Source: an uncultured delta proteobacterium (GTDB taxonomy: Bacteria; Desulfobacterota; Desulfobacteria; Desulfobacterales; JAFDCJ01). Taken from it: DNA of 64,000 nt. The DNA lies in assembly GCA_963769935.1 (NCBI GenBank), contig CAVYNY010000009.1, positions 96,001 through 160,000 on the forward strand, in the 5' to 3' direction. Below the pieces are notes generated by a model, which saw only the letters and a program-made list of their open reading frames with translations, had not been told where the DNA came from and ran no database searches. Within the stretch, counting starts at the first letter, position 1. Every line of letters begins with the position of its first letter. The translations under genes and the position numbers were made by a program. Shown here in pieces: positions 18,888-29,491 of the stretch.

Positions 18888-19104
18888 TATTGAAGATTGA
18901 CGATTGAATATTGAATGAATTCTGTCTTTCATAAGCATCGAGCGAAAAGCCGGGAGGCTTAAGCTCGGGTCCCTTTCATTCCTTTTACGCCAGGCGCTGT
19001 GCTCCATGCTCTATGCGATTGTCATTAGCACCTCACATGGGGCTCCAGCCAACACAATAAACTCGAAAACACAATAAACACGACAAACAGGCACCCCGCA
19101 TCCC
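18888..19104. repeat. Modular intergenic repeat array
   Basis: (ATTGAAG)n-type 7-mers, gctccatgctctatgc and CAATAAACT-type 9-mers. The first about 75 bp resemble 25770-25852. Confidence 0.65.
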
Positions 19105-19368
19105 CTATCCACCCGTGATCAGCGGAACGATGTAAATCTCGTCGCCCTCTTCCAGCAGCGTCTCCCAGCCGCTGCGATAGCGAATATGCTCTCCATTGAT
19201 GAAGACTGTGAGAGATTCGCGCAAGCGCCCCTTGCTGTCGCACAGCCGTTGATAGATTTGCGGATGACTGGTTTTAAGCCCCACGATTGCCAGTCTGACA
19301 TTAACCCGGCCGGCAGCTGAAAGTTGTGAAAATAATTCTTGCCGGCCGTATGATAATTTTAGCTGCAT
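19105..19368 (-). CDS. moaD: MoaD/ThiS family sulfur carrier protein
   Basis: VFINGEHI...LEEGDEIYIVPLITGG with C-terminal GG; upstream of AOR. The ORF-track N-terminal extension is read-through of repeats. Confidence 0.88.
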   Translation of the reverse strand: MQLKLSYGRQELFSQLSAAGRVNVRLAIVGLKTSHPQIYQRLCDSKGRLRESLTVFINGEHIRYRSGWETLLEEGDEIYIVPLITGG

Positions 19369-19377
19369 CACTGTAAA

Positions 19378-19508
19378 TAAGTTGATAGTTGATAGTACAT
19401 AGTTGATAGCACATAGTTCATAGTTCATAGTTGTCAGAAGACAGAAGTTATGAGGCTGGGAGGCTGGAAAGCGAAAGCCTTCAGGCCTCCGATCTTTCAA
19501 GCTTTCCA
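19378..19508. repeat. 7-mer and 8-mer simple repeat array at the intron 3' flank
   Basis: gttgatagttgatag...ttcatagttcatag and ggctgggaggctggaaag. Confidence 0.7.
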
Positions 19509-21463
19509 GTAGAGACTACGTTTCCTCGAAGCATGGTTTCGCTACGCGTATCGGTGTACAATCCTTGGTTCCGGCAACGGGTAACGCTCCAGCAGACGGT
19601 TGAAGCGATCCCGCGGCATGTGTTTTCCGTGATCTCCGGTTCAGCCACTTCCGCCACGACCGCTTGACCTGCAGGCGATAGCCGCTCAGGCTGCGGATGT
19701 TGCCTGTGATTCGTAATACCCGTAATGCCCGCGAAGCTTCAGACACAGCATCACCCACTGCTCCGCAACTGGCATGTGACGGTTGACCTTGCACCACAGA
19801 TACATCCGCTTTACTGCCTTCCTCAGCTTCTTGCTCGACGTCTTGCGCTTCACCACCCGATTGCTCTTCCGCGACTTGCCCCAGTAGTGGGTAAAGCTCA
19901 GAAAGTCAAAAACCTGCGGCTTTTGTCCCTTGCCTCCAGCTCGGCTGAAGTCCAGCAGCCGACTTTGGCCTCCTGGATCGCAAGCCCATAACGCCCAAAT
20001 CGCCCGGGAAGCTTCCCCAGACTCTTTGGGCATCGCTGCGCTGCTCGAACACGATGACAAAGTCGTCGGCAAATCGGATCAACTCCGCTCTGCGCCAAGT
20101 CGGGGCTGCACTTCATGCTCAAACCAGCTGTCCAGCACTTCGTGCAGATAGATGTTGGCCAGCAGCGGCGAAATCACTCCCCCTTGGGGCGTTCCCCGCC
20201 GCGGATAGTGCATCTGACCATCTTCCATGACCCCGGCTTTAAGCCACTTGCCCACCATCCGATTGATCACACCGTCCCGCACCCGCTTGCTTACAAATCC
20301 CCGCACGTGCTCATGGCTCACCGTGTCGAAGTAGCTCTTGATGTCTACTTCCAACACCCAACACTGTGTCCCCATGCGCATGACCGCTAGCCAAAGCCTA
20401 TCCAAGGCCTGGTGACCGCTGCGACCGGCCCGAAAGCCATACGAACAATCTAAAAAGTCCTGCTCGTATATCGGCGTCAACAGCATCACCACCGCTCGCT
20501 GAAGCACTTTGTCTTCCAACGTCGGTATGCCTATCGGTCGCTCGGCTTTACCCTCGGCTTCCTTTGGTATATATACCCGACGCACTGCCGGCGCACGGTA
20601 ATTGCCCGACTTGAACCGCTCCAACAATGATGCCAGATTGGTCTCCAAATCCTGCTCATACTCGGCGGCCGTTACTCATCCACGCCCGCCGCTCCATCCT
20701 TCCGCGTGCGCCGGTATGCCTCCCGAAGCCAGTCCATGTCCACATGGTACGACAGCGTTGTGAGCACCGCCTGCGGCATCTGCTCCGCAAGTTGCGCTAT
20801 CCGTTGCTGTTTCGTGTACACACTCACAGATCCCAACGTATCCTCCGTGTTCCCACCAACGGCTCCATGCCCCGGCACGGCCCTTTCCTCGGCCGGCTCT
20901 CCCCGGGTCGGATTCACCGGCTTCCTCGGTACTATGACCGTGCTAAGACTCCCTGCCGTCATCCCCATGGGCTTCGTCGCTCCGCCACCGGTACCATTGC
21001 CCCTGCTCTTTTGCCTTCGTTTCTCCCGACAAGCCCTTGCAGGTTCGGTTCTTGCCGGACCCGGTGTTCTCGGCCTTTCCCCCGACGGCGCACCTTACCG
21101 GAATTCCTTGGCAATGGAACGGCGAGGGCCTGCCAGGTTCCTGGGGAGTCCTCTCGTGCCTTTGCCCCGCTCAAAAGACCCCGGCCGCGCCTCCCCGTCT
21201 CGCCACTAACGACAGTCAGGTGTTGCCCCCGCCAGGAAAACCACGAAGGCCGCAGCTACTTTGGTTATTTCGAGGCTGTTTCACGCGGCTTCAGCACTCG
21301 CTGTCTACGCTTCCAGATTCGGCTTTCCCTACACTGGCAAGACTCGCTCCCGGTGGGTGGCTAACCCTTGCCGGACGGGATTCGAACCCGCTGGACTCCT
21401 ACGGCGTATTTCAAGAAGACCTACCGCCCCCTATCCCAACGCCCCAGGCTTAGCCTGGCGCGA
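19509..21463 (-). mobile_element. Group II intron, degenerate (bacterial type without endonuclease domain)
   Basis: 5' end TCGCGCCAGGCTAAGCCTGG; DI-DIII motifs (gggttcgaatccc, AGGAACCTGGCAGGCCC, ATAGTACCGAGGAAG); RT ORF; 3' remnant GAGGAAACGTA-GTCTCTAC lacking most of domain V. Confidence 0.88.
19542..20836 (-). pseudogene. ltrA: Group II intron reverse transcriptase/maturase with multiple frameshifts
   Basis: [63 protein letters not shown] and LRGHYGYY are spread over several frames. Confidence 0.9.
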
Positions 21464-21511
21464 TCTCCTTTATCCTTTAACCTTTATCCTTGATCCTTTA
21501 TCCTTTTCAAC
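21464..21511. repeat. (CCTTTAT/A)n 7-mer array at the intron 5' flank
   Basis: cctttatcctttaacctttatccttgatcctttatccttt. The same array occurs at 32911-32962. Confidence 0.75.
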
Positions 21512-22074
21512 TCAATAAGCTTCTTTATAAATAGAATTGACATCATCCTCGTTGAGATCCCGCGGGTTGGCCACAAACAAGCGGGCCTGTTTCATCCCGC
21601 CGGCCGCCAGTTTGGGCAAATCCGCCGCGGGTATTCCGTAATCTTTTATCCGGCAGGACACATGGACGGTATCCAGCAGATCTTCGACAGCCTCCACTGC
21701 CAGTTCAGCCGCTTCCAGCGGAGCATAGCCTTCAGTATCCCTGCCCATCAGATCGGCAATCCGCGCGTATTTTACCGGGTTGCCGGATAAGTTGTACCGC
21801 ATCACATGCGGCAGCATGATGGCATTCGAGCGTCCGTGGGTCATATGGTACTCGGTTCCCAGAGGATAGGCCAGGGCATACGGTGTAAAAACAACATTTT
21901 TGGTATTTTGGGCCTCATCGGTTAGAACCAATACCCGTGTGACTTCACTGCCGGTTCCCGCGGTGGTCGGCATCAAAATCAGCGGTGCACCCTTTTGGGG
22001 AACCTGATCCACACCGCAGTAGTCCAGTATTTTGCCCTTGTTGCGGCCATAATCGAAATGCCCTTGGCAACATC
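21512..22074 (-). pseudogene. Iron-containing alcohol dehydrogenase remnant (5' truncated, frameshifted, internally deleted)
   Basis: DVAKGIS, then PTTAGTGSEVT joined shortly to ALAYPLG...HGRSNAIMLPHV. The central region of the family is missing. Confidence 0.85.
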
Positions 22075-22153
22075 AGACTTTAAATTTCAGCCGACATTAC
22101 CATTAATTTTTAATAAATTTCAACTTTCAAATGCGATACTTTGTAAAGTGTGG

Positions 22154-22182
22154 TTGACAGCATACCGGAGTATTGTTAGAAA
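22154..22182 (+). promoter_or_regulatory. Possible sigma70 promoter
   Basis: TTGACA-N17-TAGAAA just upstream of the dehydratase. Confidence 0.4.
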
Positions 22183-22189
22183 TTCGATC

Positions 22190-23887
22190 ATGGTCATGCC
22201 AAATAAAAATGAAAATACCGGAATCAACCGCAACCTGACAAGTTACGGTGATCGACAGTTCAGCAAATACATGCGCCGGGCTTTTCTCGCCTCGGCCGGT
22301 TACGACCAGACCGATTTGCAGCGGCCCATTATCGGTATCGTCGATACATCTTCCGATTACAATACCTGTCATCGCCAGATGCCCGAGATGATCAGCGCCG
22401 TCAAAAGGGGAGTGCTGGAAGCCGGCGGACTGCCGCTGGTGTTTCCGACCATCTCTCTAAATGAAATATTAATGTCGCCCACTACCATGCTGTTCCGCAA
22501 TCTGCAGGCCATGGAAACTGAGGAGATGATTCGGGCCCAGCCCATGGATGCCGTTGTGCTGCTGGGGGGCTGTGACAAAACTGTGCCGGCCCAGATCATG
22601 GCCGCCGTGTCGGCCGATATTCCGGCGATCAGCGTCGTGGCAGGCCCGATGATGACCGGCAGCTGGCGCGGCCAGCGGTTGGGTGCCTGCACCGACTGCC
22701 GGCGCTTCTGGGCGCAATTTCGCGGCGGCGAGCTGGACCGGCAGGAAATAGACGAGATCGAAGCCTCCCTGTGTTTCACGGGAGGAACCTGCATGGTCAT
22801 GGGCACCGCCTCGACCATGGCCTGTCTGGTGGAGACTCTGGGCCTGATGCTGCCGGGCGGAGCGGCGCCGCCCCATGCATCCGGCGCGCGCCTTAAAAAT
22901 TGTGTGATGTCCGGACGACAGGCGGTGGAGATGGCGCTAAACACATTGCAGCCCAGGGAGATCCTGAGCCGGTCGTCTTTTCTAAATGCCCTCAAAGTCC
23001 TGGCAGCCCTGAGTGGATCGACCAATGCCATCATTCACCTGCTGGCTATCGCTCGGCGGGCTCAAATCGACCTGTCCCTCAACGACTTTGATGAAGCCGC
23101 CCGACAGGTTCCGGTGCTGGTTGACTGCAAACCGGCCGGTAAAAATTATATGCAGGACTTTTACCATGCCGGCGGCATGCCGGTGCTTCTCAAGACCCTG
23201 GAGCCGCTGCTGGATACATCAGCCCGGAGCATCACCGGCGGGACCCTGGCTGAAAATCTGCGGGGCGTATCGGCCGCGGCCGGCTGGCAGACCACGATTC
23301 GACCGCTGGAGGCACCGCTGTCTGCATCAGGGGCTCTGGCTGTCATATACGGATCGCTTGCTCCGGACGGGGCCGTCATCAAAACGGCGGCCGCCAATCC
23401 CGCCCTGCTGACTCACCGGGGTCCGGCCGTGGTCTTCGAATCACCGGAAGAGGTCGCCCAGCGCATCGATGACCCGGCGCTCGGAATTACGCCCGACCAT
23501 GTGATGGTTTTGCGCAATGCCGGGCCGGTTGGGGCCGGCATGCCGGAAGCAGGCTCGATGCCGATTCCCAAATATCTGGCGGCCCGGGGGGTTAAGGATA
23601 TGGTGCGGGTATCGGATGCCCGCATGAGCGGAACGGCCTACGGCTCGGTGGTTTTGCATTGTTCACCGGAAGCCGCCGTCGGCGGACCGCTGGCGCTCGT
23701 CAAAGACGGTGATCTCATCGAACTGAATGTGCCGGAAAGGCATTTGGACTTGCTGGTAGACGAAAACGAACTGGCAGTTCGCAGATCCAAATTTCGATCG
23801 CGCCCTATTCCGGACCGGGGTTGGCTCAAGCTGCATGCAGAACATGTGCTTCAAGCGCATCTCGGGGCCGATCTGGATTTTATGTAA
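22190..23887 (+). CDS. Dihydroxy-acid dehydratase family (IlvD/Edd) protein
   Basis: DYNTCH, GGCDKTVP, GTCMVMGTASTM, GSTNA, GMPEAG and SDARMSGT. Substrate uncertain, possibly a sugar-acid type. Confidence 0.92.
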   Translation: MVMPNKNENTGINRNLTSYGDRQFSKYMRRAFLASAGYDQTDLQRPIIGIVDTSSDYNTCHRQMPEMISAVKRGVLEAGGLPLVFPTISLNEILMSPTTMLFRNLQAMETEEMIRAQPMDAVVLLGGCDKTVPAQIMAAVSADIPAISVVAGPMMTGSWRGQRLGACTDCRRFWAQFRGGELDRQEIDEIEASLCFTGGTCMVMGTASTMACLVETLGLMLPGGAAPPHASGARLKNCVMSGRQAVEMALNTLQPREILSRSSFLNALKVLAALSGSTNAIIHLLAIARRAQIDLSLNDFDEAARQVPVLVDCKPAGKNYMQDFYHAGGMPVLLKTLEPLLDTSARSITGGTLAENLRGVSAAAGWQTTIRPLEAPLSASGALAVIYGSLAPDGAVIKTAAANPALLTHRGPAVVFESPEEVAQRIDDPALGITPDHVMVLRNAGPVGAGMPEAGSMPIPKYLAARGVKDMVRVSDARMSGTAYGSVVLHCSPEAAVGGPLALVKDGDLIELNVPERHLDLLVDENELAVRRSKFRSRPIPDRGWLKLHAEHVLQAHLGADLDFM

Positions 23888-24011
23888 ATCAAGTTCAAAT
23901 TAAATCGATAGGATACCACAAATATTCAATCTTCAATTTTCAATCTTCAATTATATACCCGTCTTCCTTTCTGTCATTCTTCTGTTCTTCCCATCTTCTA
24001 ATATAAAGAAT

Positions 24012-25754
24012 TTACATTGAGATGGAGCCTTTGCGAAAATCCGTTTTGCCGATAAGCGCATTGACCAGCACCGGATGACCGTTCCTGGCTGCCTTTTTCG
24101 CTTCTTTAAAAACACGGTCGATATCTTCTTTCCGGTCAAGGAGAAACCCTTTGCCGCCGAATCCTTCTGCCACCCGATGATAATCGGATCTTCGCAACAC
24201 CGTCGCGACATCGTCGCCGAAAACGGCTACCTGGTCGCGGGCGATCTGGGTCCAGCAGGCGTCATTGCCGACCACGGCAATCACCGGCAATTGGTGGCGC
24301 ACAAATGTGTCGAATTCCTGCAGGCTGAACCCGGCTGCGCCGTCGCCGTATATCAGCCAGACTTCCGAATCCGGCTTGGTCAGCTTGGCTGCCAGGGCAA
24401 AACCGGCTCCGACGCCGAGCGTGCCGAAAACTCCCGGATCCAGCCAGGTCAGCGGCCCCGGAGGCTGTAAAACATAGGCGGCACTGGCCACAAAATCACC
24501 GCCGTCTCCAACGATAATAGATTTTTCATCGATGACTGCGTTCATTTTTTGCAACAGATAAAGCGGATTGATATCGTCGGTTGCTTCCCCGGATGCGTCG
24601 GCAATGAACTTTTCCCGTTCCTCGTCATTTTTTCTGAGCTCGCGAATCCAGGCATCCCGGTCGGATACATCAGATGCCAATCCTTCAGCCAATGCACACA
24701 GGAAAAGAAACGGATCCGACAGGACCGCCAGATCCGGCCGGCAATTCAACCTTAAATCAGTTTTGCTGCGATTGACGGCAATTATTTTAGTTTCGGTGCC
24801 GAATGATCGTCCATAGTTCAAGCGGAAATCACAGGGCATTCCGGCAAGAATTACCAGATCCGCATTTTTCAGAGCTTTTTTGCGCTGATGACGCATCTGC
24901 AACGGATGCTGCCTTCCTAAAAGGCCGCGGGCCATTCCTGCCAGAAAAACGGGTATACCCAAAGATTCGACGGCGCCGGCAAGCTTTGGGGTGTCATCGG
25001 CATGCAGCATGGCCTGACTTCCGATGATCAGGACCGGCCTGCGGCCCATGGTTAGCAGTTCGACGGCTTTGGCTACCCGATCGGGATCCAGATCCGGTGA
25101 GGTTATCCTGGTTTTGCCGGGTTCCATGTCTTCGAAATCACAGGCGAACATCTGATCCACATGCCGTTTCAGGTAAACCTCCAGCAGTTTGCTTTTCAGG
25201 CCCCAGGCGTGCTGCGAATCGGCATCGATGCCGTACCACTGGCGCACCATGGATTCGCTGTAGACCAGGTCAATCGGACATTCGATAAACACCGGTCCGG
25301 GAACCCCGGAACGGCAGACGTCAAAGGCATTTTCCAGCACGGGAATAATATCACAGTTGCGACGGACGGAGAGGGCCAGCTTGGTGATTGATTTCACCAG
25401 TGCCAGCTGGTCGATGTCCTGCAGTGCCCCCCTGTTTTTTAAAACTGTGGGAGACGCTCCGGCCAGCAGGATCATGGGTGATTGCGCCAACTGGGCATTT
25501 TTGAGTGCCGTAATCGAGTTGGTTACGCCCGGACCGGCGGTCACCGCCGCCACCCCCGGAGTGCCGGTCAACCGGCCGACGGCATCCGCAGCAAAAACGG
25601 CATTCACTTCATGCCGCACATCGATAATCCGGATGCCTTCCTTATTCGCCCCGGTCAGAATCGGGGAAATATGTCCGCCACACAGGGTAAATAAAAATTT
25701 AACGCCCTGCTCCCGCAGTACCTTTCCGATGATGTTGCCGACGTTTATTTCCAT
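24012..25754 (-). CDS. ThDP-dependent enzyme (acetolactate-synthase-like / 2-hydroxyacyl-CoA lyase ILVBL-type)
   Basis: [46 protein letters not shown]...[10 protein letters not shown] and FRKGSISM C-terminus. Confidence 0.9.
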   Translation of the reverse strand: MEINVGNIIGKVLREQGVKFLFTLCGGHISPILTGANKEGIRIIDVRHEVNAVFAADAVGRLTGTPGVAAVTAGPGVTNSITALKNAQLAQSPMILLAGASPTVLKNRGALQDIDQLALVKSITKLALSVRRNCDIIPVLENAFDVCRSGVPGPVFIECPIDLVYSESMVRQWYGIDADSQHAWGLKSKLLEVYLKRHVDQMFACDFEDMEPGKTRITSPDLDPDRVAKAVELLTMGRRPVLIIGSQAMLHADDTPKLAGAVESLGIPVFLAGMARGLLGRQHPLQMRHQRKKALKNADLVILAGMPCDFRLNYGRSFGTETKIIAVNRSKTDLRLNCRPDLAVLSDPFLFLCALAEGLASDVSDRDAWIRELRKNDEEREKFIADASGEATDDINPLYLLQKMNAVIDEKSIIVGDGGDFVASAAYVLQPPGPLTWLDPGVFGTLGVGAGFALAAKLTKPDSEVWLIYGDGAAGFSLQEFDTFVRHQLPVIAVVGNDACWTQIARDQVAVFGDDVATVLRRSDYHRVAEGFGGKGFLLDRKEDIDRVFKEAKKAARNGHPVLVNALIGKTDFRKGSISM

Positions 25755-25764
25755 GGTACCCCCA

Positions 25765-26020
25765 CTTGAATTGACGATTGAAGATTGAAAATTGAAGATT
25801 GAATGTATTCTGTCTTTTTAAAGCATTGAGCGATAAGCTGGGTGGCTGGGAAGGTGAGAAGGAAAGAAGATAAGAAGCTGAGAAGAAAACCGGAATTCCT
25901 CCTTTCTCCCTTTTAACTCAACAAACACAATAAACTAACCCCCTCTTCCTTTAACCTTTAGCCTTTCACCTTTTGCCTTTGTCCTTTTCACCCAATCAAC
26001 TCAATAAACTCAATAAACCC
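25765..26020. repeat. Modular intergenic repeat array
   Basis: (ATTGAAG)n, GGGAAGGT/GAGAAG 8-mers, CTCAACAAA 9-mers and CCTTT 7-mers in series. Confidence 0.75.
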
Positions 26021-26023
26021 GCA

Positions 26024-27118
26024 TCACCCCATCGCCACAATCTCCGCCGGGGTTTTGCCCTCAAGGCCCAACTTTGCCAGCGTCGTGCCCGCCGCGGCAT
26101 AATCCACACCGTGCAGCAGAGAGCTTAATTTCACGCACAGCTCGACCATCGGCGCATCGATGCCGGCCAGATGAGCCAGTTCAACGGCCGGCACGTGTAG
26201 GCACGGGACATCCTCGGTGATGTAACGGCCTCGGACGTTATGGCCGATGATGTCTTTATACGGACTTTCATCGCTGTTCACATAGTCGTAATAAGTTCTG
26301 GTTTCGTTGCGGCCGTAGTACATCATTAATTGATCCATGGCGGGCATAAGCTCCAGGCCCAGGGCGTGGCCGATGGACAGGCGCTCCTCATCCATTTTCA
26401 TCATCTGCTCCGATATTAACGGCGTCACCCCGTCGATGTAATGTCTGAAAGTGTCCGGGTTCATCTCAATGTCGCCGTAATTTAAGAGCACCGGCAGAGG
26501 ATGCAGCGTATAGTTGATATTGTCAAGATCAATTGCCAGCAGATTTGGGCCGGCGATAAAATCAATATAGCCGCTGAAAACATCGTTCATGATATCGAGC
26601 ACCGTTGGCGAGGTTTCAGCCGGAGAAGTAGCGATCTTCAGCTGAGACTTTTTTTTGTAGATCATGACGGTATTGTAGTCGGATATGCGGCAGGCATAGG
26701 GCAGCGAAGCGGTTCCGGAGATGGAAATAGCCGGATTGACGTCGGCCTCGGCCATCATTTTTTTTAACAGAAAGCCGCCGTAATTGCCGGGAACGACGAC
26801 AACATGCTGTCCATCCTGCAAATGGGGAATCATTTTTTGAAATATCGACGGATGCGCGAAAGACGGCACGACAATAAAGATCACATCGGCAGCCCCCACC
26901 GCCGCTTTGATGTCCATGGTGACTGCCCGCAGTTTTCCCCCGGCAGAAATATCTCCTGATAGAAACATTTTCTTTTCTTCTTTTAATTTCAGAAAATGCG
27001 CGGTTTCCTCCAACGGCTCGTACATCACCACCGGATATCCCTTATGGGCGATCTGTCCGCAAAAAGCCCTGCCGCCGTTGCCGCTGCCGAGGACGGCAAA
27101 GTTTAAAGTTCGGCTCAA
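26024..27118 (-). CDS. NAD/NADP-dependent octopine/nopaline (opine) dehydrogenase family protein
   Basis: AVLGSGNGG, VVPSFAH, PGNYG, LPYACR, HPLPVLLN, DEERL and RYITEDVP. TTG start with AGGAGG. Confidence 0.9.
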   Translation of the reverse strand: MSRTLNFAVLGSGNGGRAFCGQIAHKGYPVVMYEPLEETAHFLKLKEEKKMFLSGDISAGGKLRAVTMDIKAAVGAADVIFIVVPSFAHPSIFQKMIPHLQDGQHVVVVPGNYGGFLLKKMMAEADVNPAISISGTASLPYACRISDYNTVMIYKKKSQLKIATSPAETSPTVLDIMNDVFSGYIDFIAGPNLLAIDLDNINYTLHPLPVLLNYGDIEMNPDTFRHYIDGVTPLISEQMMKMDEERLSIGHALGLELMPAMDQLMMYYGRNETRTYYDYVNSDESPYKDIIGHNVRGRYITEDVPCLHVPAVELAHLAGIDAPMVELCVKLSSLLHGVDYAAAGTTLAKLGLEGKTPAEIVAMG

Positions 27119-27294
27119 TGTTACCTCCTTTGGGTTTTAAAAAAATGAGCTGAAATTATTGAATCTATCACCTTGGAAGACAGGATACCTTAACTTTAGG
27201 CAAGGCATTTTAGACAGGGCATTGATATCGCTGAATTCGCCAGTTGATAACTGCCCGCCCGAGTTCCTTTTCCCAACAGTGTCGCGGGAAAAGT

Positions 27295-28437
27295 TTAAAA
27301 CCTCTCTAATCTATATTCTTCTATCGGAAAACCTGTTTTATTGTCCACGATCAGCTCGGCGATTATTTCACCCGTAATCGGCGACAGCGCAATGCCGTCA
27401 CCTTCATGTCCGGCCGCCATGACAAAGCCGCCAAGCCCGGCTACAGGGCCGAGTATGGGCAGACCGTCCGGTGTGTAAGGCCGCAGGCCTGCAAATGCTC
27501 TAATAAAATTCAACTTTTTAAGGCACGGCATAATCCTGCCAACGTTTTTGGCAATATGAAAAATTTTTTCCGGAGTTACCCTTTTGTCGAATCCGACAAA
27601 TTCTCTGGTCGATCCCAAAACGAAATTGCCGCTGGCGGTAGGTTCGATCGATATGCCTCCGCCTTGTTGAGCTAAAGCCGGATTGAATTTGGCGGCAATA
27701 TATTGGGCCGACAGCAGGCAGCGGCTTATGATCGGTCCAACGGCCTCGGTCACGACAAGCTGCCCTCTTCTGGGCCTGACCGGGATTTCCAAATCCAGCA
27801 GAGCGCCGATTTCCGAGGCATAAACGCCGCCGGCATTCACAACCGTACCGGTATGGATTTCACCCTTATCTGTTTTTACGGACTTTATACGATTTGAGGT
27901 TTTTTGGAATCCGGTTGCCCGGGTATTGGTTAGAATTTTGGCACCAAGGCCCTGGGCGGCTTTAAGGAAGGCAAACGTCAGCAGCATGGGATTGACCTGA
28001 GCGTCCACCGGTGAAAACGTGGCACCCAATATCTTTTCACTCAGGGACGGCTCGAGTTCTCGGGCCTGTTTTGGATCCAGCAACGACACATCCAGACCGA
28101 TGGTATTCTGCCTTTCTACGAACTGTTGCATAGTCCGTAGTTCTTCATCGTGTTCAACGACAATCAGGCCGCCTTGGCACCGGTATTCGAAACCGGCGCC
28201 CAACTCCTGCTCCAGATGAGCAAATCGCCTGGAACTCTCCAGGGCCAACTCCAGATGTGTTCCGGGACTCTTGGTTTGCAGAAAAATAGTACCGCCGCAG
28301 GCACCGGAACTTCCGGAGGCCGCATCGCCCTTTTCAAGCAAAACTACGTCGACCTTGCGCTTGGCAAGATGATAGGCGATGGAGCCCCCGATCACTCCGC
28401 CGCCGATGACGACAACGTCGGCTTTACCCGGCAGCAA
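27295..28437 (-). CDS. FAD-dependent oxidoreductase (DAO / glycine- or sarcosine-oxidase-like)
   Basis: DVVVIGGGVIG, PRRGQLVVTE, AGLRPYTPDGLPILG and AAGHEGDGIALSP. Confidence 0.9.
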   Translation of the reverse strand: MLPGKADVVVIGGGVIGGSIAYHLAKRKVDVVLLEKGDAASGSSGACGGTIFLQTKSPGTHLELALESSRRFAHLEQELGAGFEYRCQGGLIVVEHDEELRTMQQFVERQNTIGLDVSLLDPKQARELEPSLSEKILGATFSPVDAQVNPMLLTFAFLKAAQGLGAKILTNTRATGFQKTSNRIKSVKTDKGEIHTGTVVNAGGVYASEIGALLDLEIPVRPRRGQLVVTEAVGPIISRCLLSAQYIAAKFNPALAQQGGGISIEPTASGNFVLGSTREFVGFDKRVTPEKIFHIAKNVGRIMPCLKKLNFIRAFAGLRPYTPDGLPILGPVAGLGGFVMAAGHEGDGIALSPITGEIIAELIVDNKTGFPIEEYRLERF

Positions 28438-28459
28438 GATATTCTCCTTAAAATTTATA

Positions 28460-28580
28460 TGGAGTACCGGAGTATTGGAGTACTGGAGTGATGGAGTAAT
28501 CTATCTTCCGCATACCCAAACCGAATTTCGTGTTCAGTTTGGTCCCATTTCTCCATCACTCCATCATTCCATTACTCCAT
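28460..28580. repeat. Inverted 8-nt-period repeat (GGAGTATT / ACTCCATC)
   Basis: ggagtaccggagtattggagtactggagtgatgg...ctccatcactccatcattccattactcca. Confidence 0.8.
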
Positions 28581-28592
28581 TTTTTTGTCTTT

Positions 28593-29318
28593 CTATTCTT
28601 TGGCCATCAGGGACACCTTGATAATTTCCCGGATATCTTCTTCAAAATCTTTTTTGGGACCGCCCTGTTTGACCTGCCCCATGTCGAGCAAATACAAGTA
28701 GTCTGATACATCGAGGGCCTTCATAATGTTCTGATCCACAATGAGAATCGTGGTGCCCTGTTGGGCCACCTGAATTAAGAGGTTATAAATTTCCGCTACA
28801 ATTTTGGGGGCCAGACCGACCGAGGGTTCATCGATCATCAGCAGCCTGGGTTTTGACATGATCTCTTTGCCCACTGAGAGCATTCTCAGATACCCGCCGC
28901 TCAAATAGGTTGCTTTTTCCGCCCTGCGTTCAGCCAGGACCGGAAAAAATTCATATATTTCAGACAACCTTTCTCTTACCAAATTTTTATCATTCCGAAA
29001 CGTCCAGGCCCCCAGCAGCAGATTATCCTGGATGGACAACTGGGGAAACGTGCTGTATTCCTGAAGCATGTAGCTGATTCCCATCTGCTTCAACTGATAA
29101 GGCTGAAGCCCCTGGATTTCCCGGCCCTGGAAATTAATTTGGCCCCGGCGCGGGTGCAGAAATCCAAAAATCGTCTTTAAGATGGTGGATTTGCCTGCTC
29201 CGTTGGCCCCGATTATCCCTGTGATCGCCCCTTCTTTTACCTCGAGCGATACATTGTTCAGCACGTCGATTTCTTCCACGTAGCCGGCCGTAATATTTTC
29301 CATGGAAAGCATGGACAT
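28593..29318 (-). CDS. livF: Branched-chain amino acid-type ABC transporter ATPase
   Basis: GANGAGKST, LSGGYLRM and DEPSVGLAP. Confidence 0.9.
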   Translation of the reverse strand: MSMLSMENITAGYVEEIDVLNNVSLEVKEGAITGIIGANGAGKSTILKTIFGFLHPRRGQINFQGREIQGLQPYQLKQMGISYMLQEYSTFPQLSIQDNLLLGAWTFRNDKNLVRERLSEIYEFFPVLAERRAEKATYLSGGYLRMLSVGKEIMSKPRLLMIDEPSVGLAPKIVAEIYNLLIQVAQQGTTILIVDQNIMKALDVSDYLYLLDMGQVKQGGPKKDFEEDIREIIKVSLMAKE

Positions 29319-29334
29319 GAAAATCTCCAAAATG

Positions 29335-29490
29335 CCTAATCCGGACGAGCCGGAATTGAAGATTGAAAATTGAAAATTGAATATTTGAGGTCTGCCTCCG
29401 GCAGATCGATTCTAAGACGTTAATATAAATTAATGCTGGAACGAAGTGACTCCATAAATATTCAATTTTCAACATTCAATATTCAATCGA
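29335..29490. repeat. Inverted (ATTGAAA)n repeat element
   Basis: cctaatccggacgagccggaattgaagattgaaaattgaaaattg...ttcaattttcaacattcaatattc. The cctaatccgga head also occurs at about 10952. Confidence 0.7.
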
Positions 29491-29491
29491 T

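Noticed and set aside
21377..21389. tRNA-like GGGTTCGAATCCC T-loop
   Set aside because: It lies in domain I of the group II intron and has no cloverleaf around it.
21995..22189. N-terminal extension of the dehydratase in the ORF track
   Set aside because: It overlaps the ADH remnant and the promoter-like sequence; family similarity starts near ATG 22190/22196.
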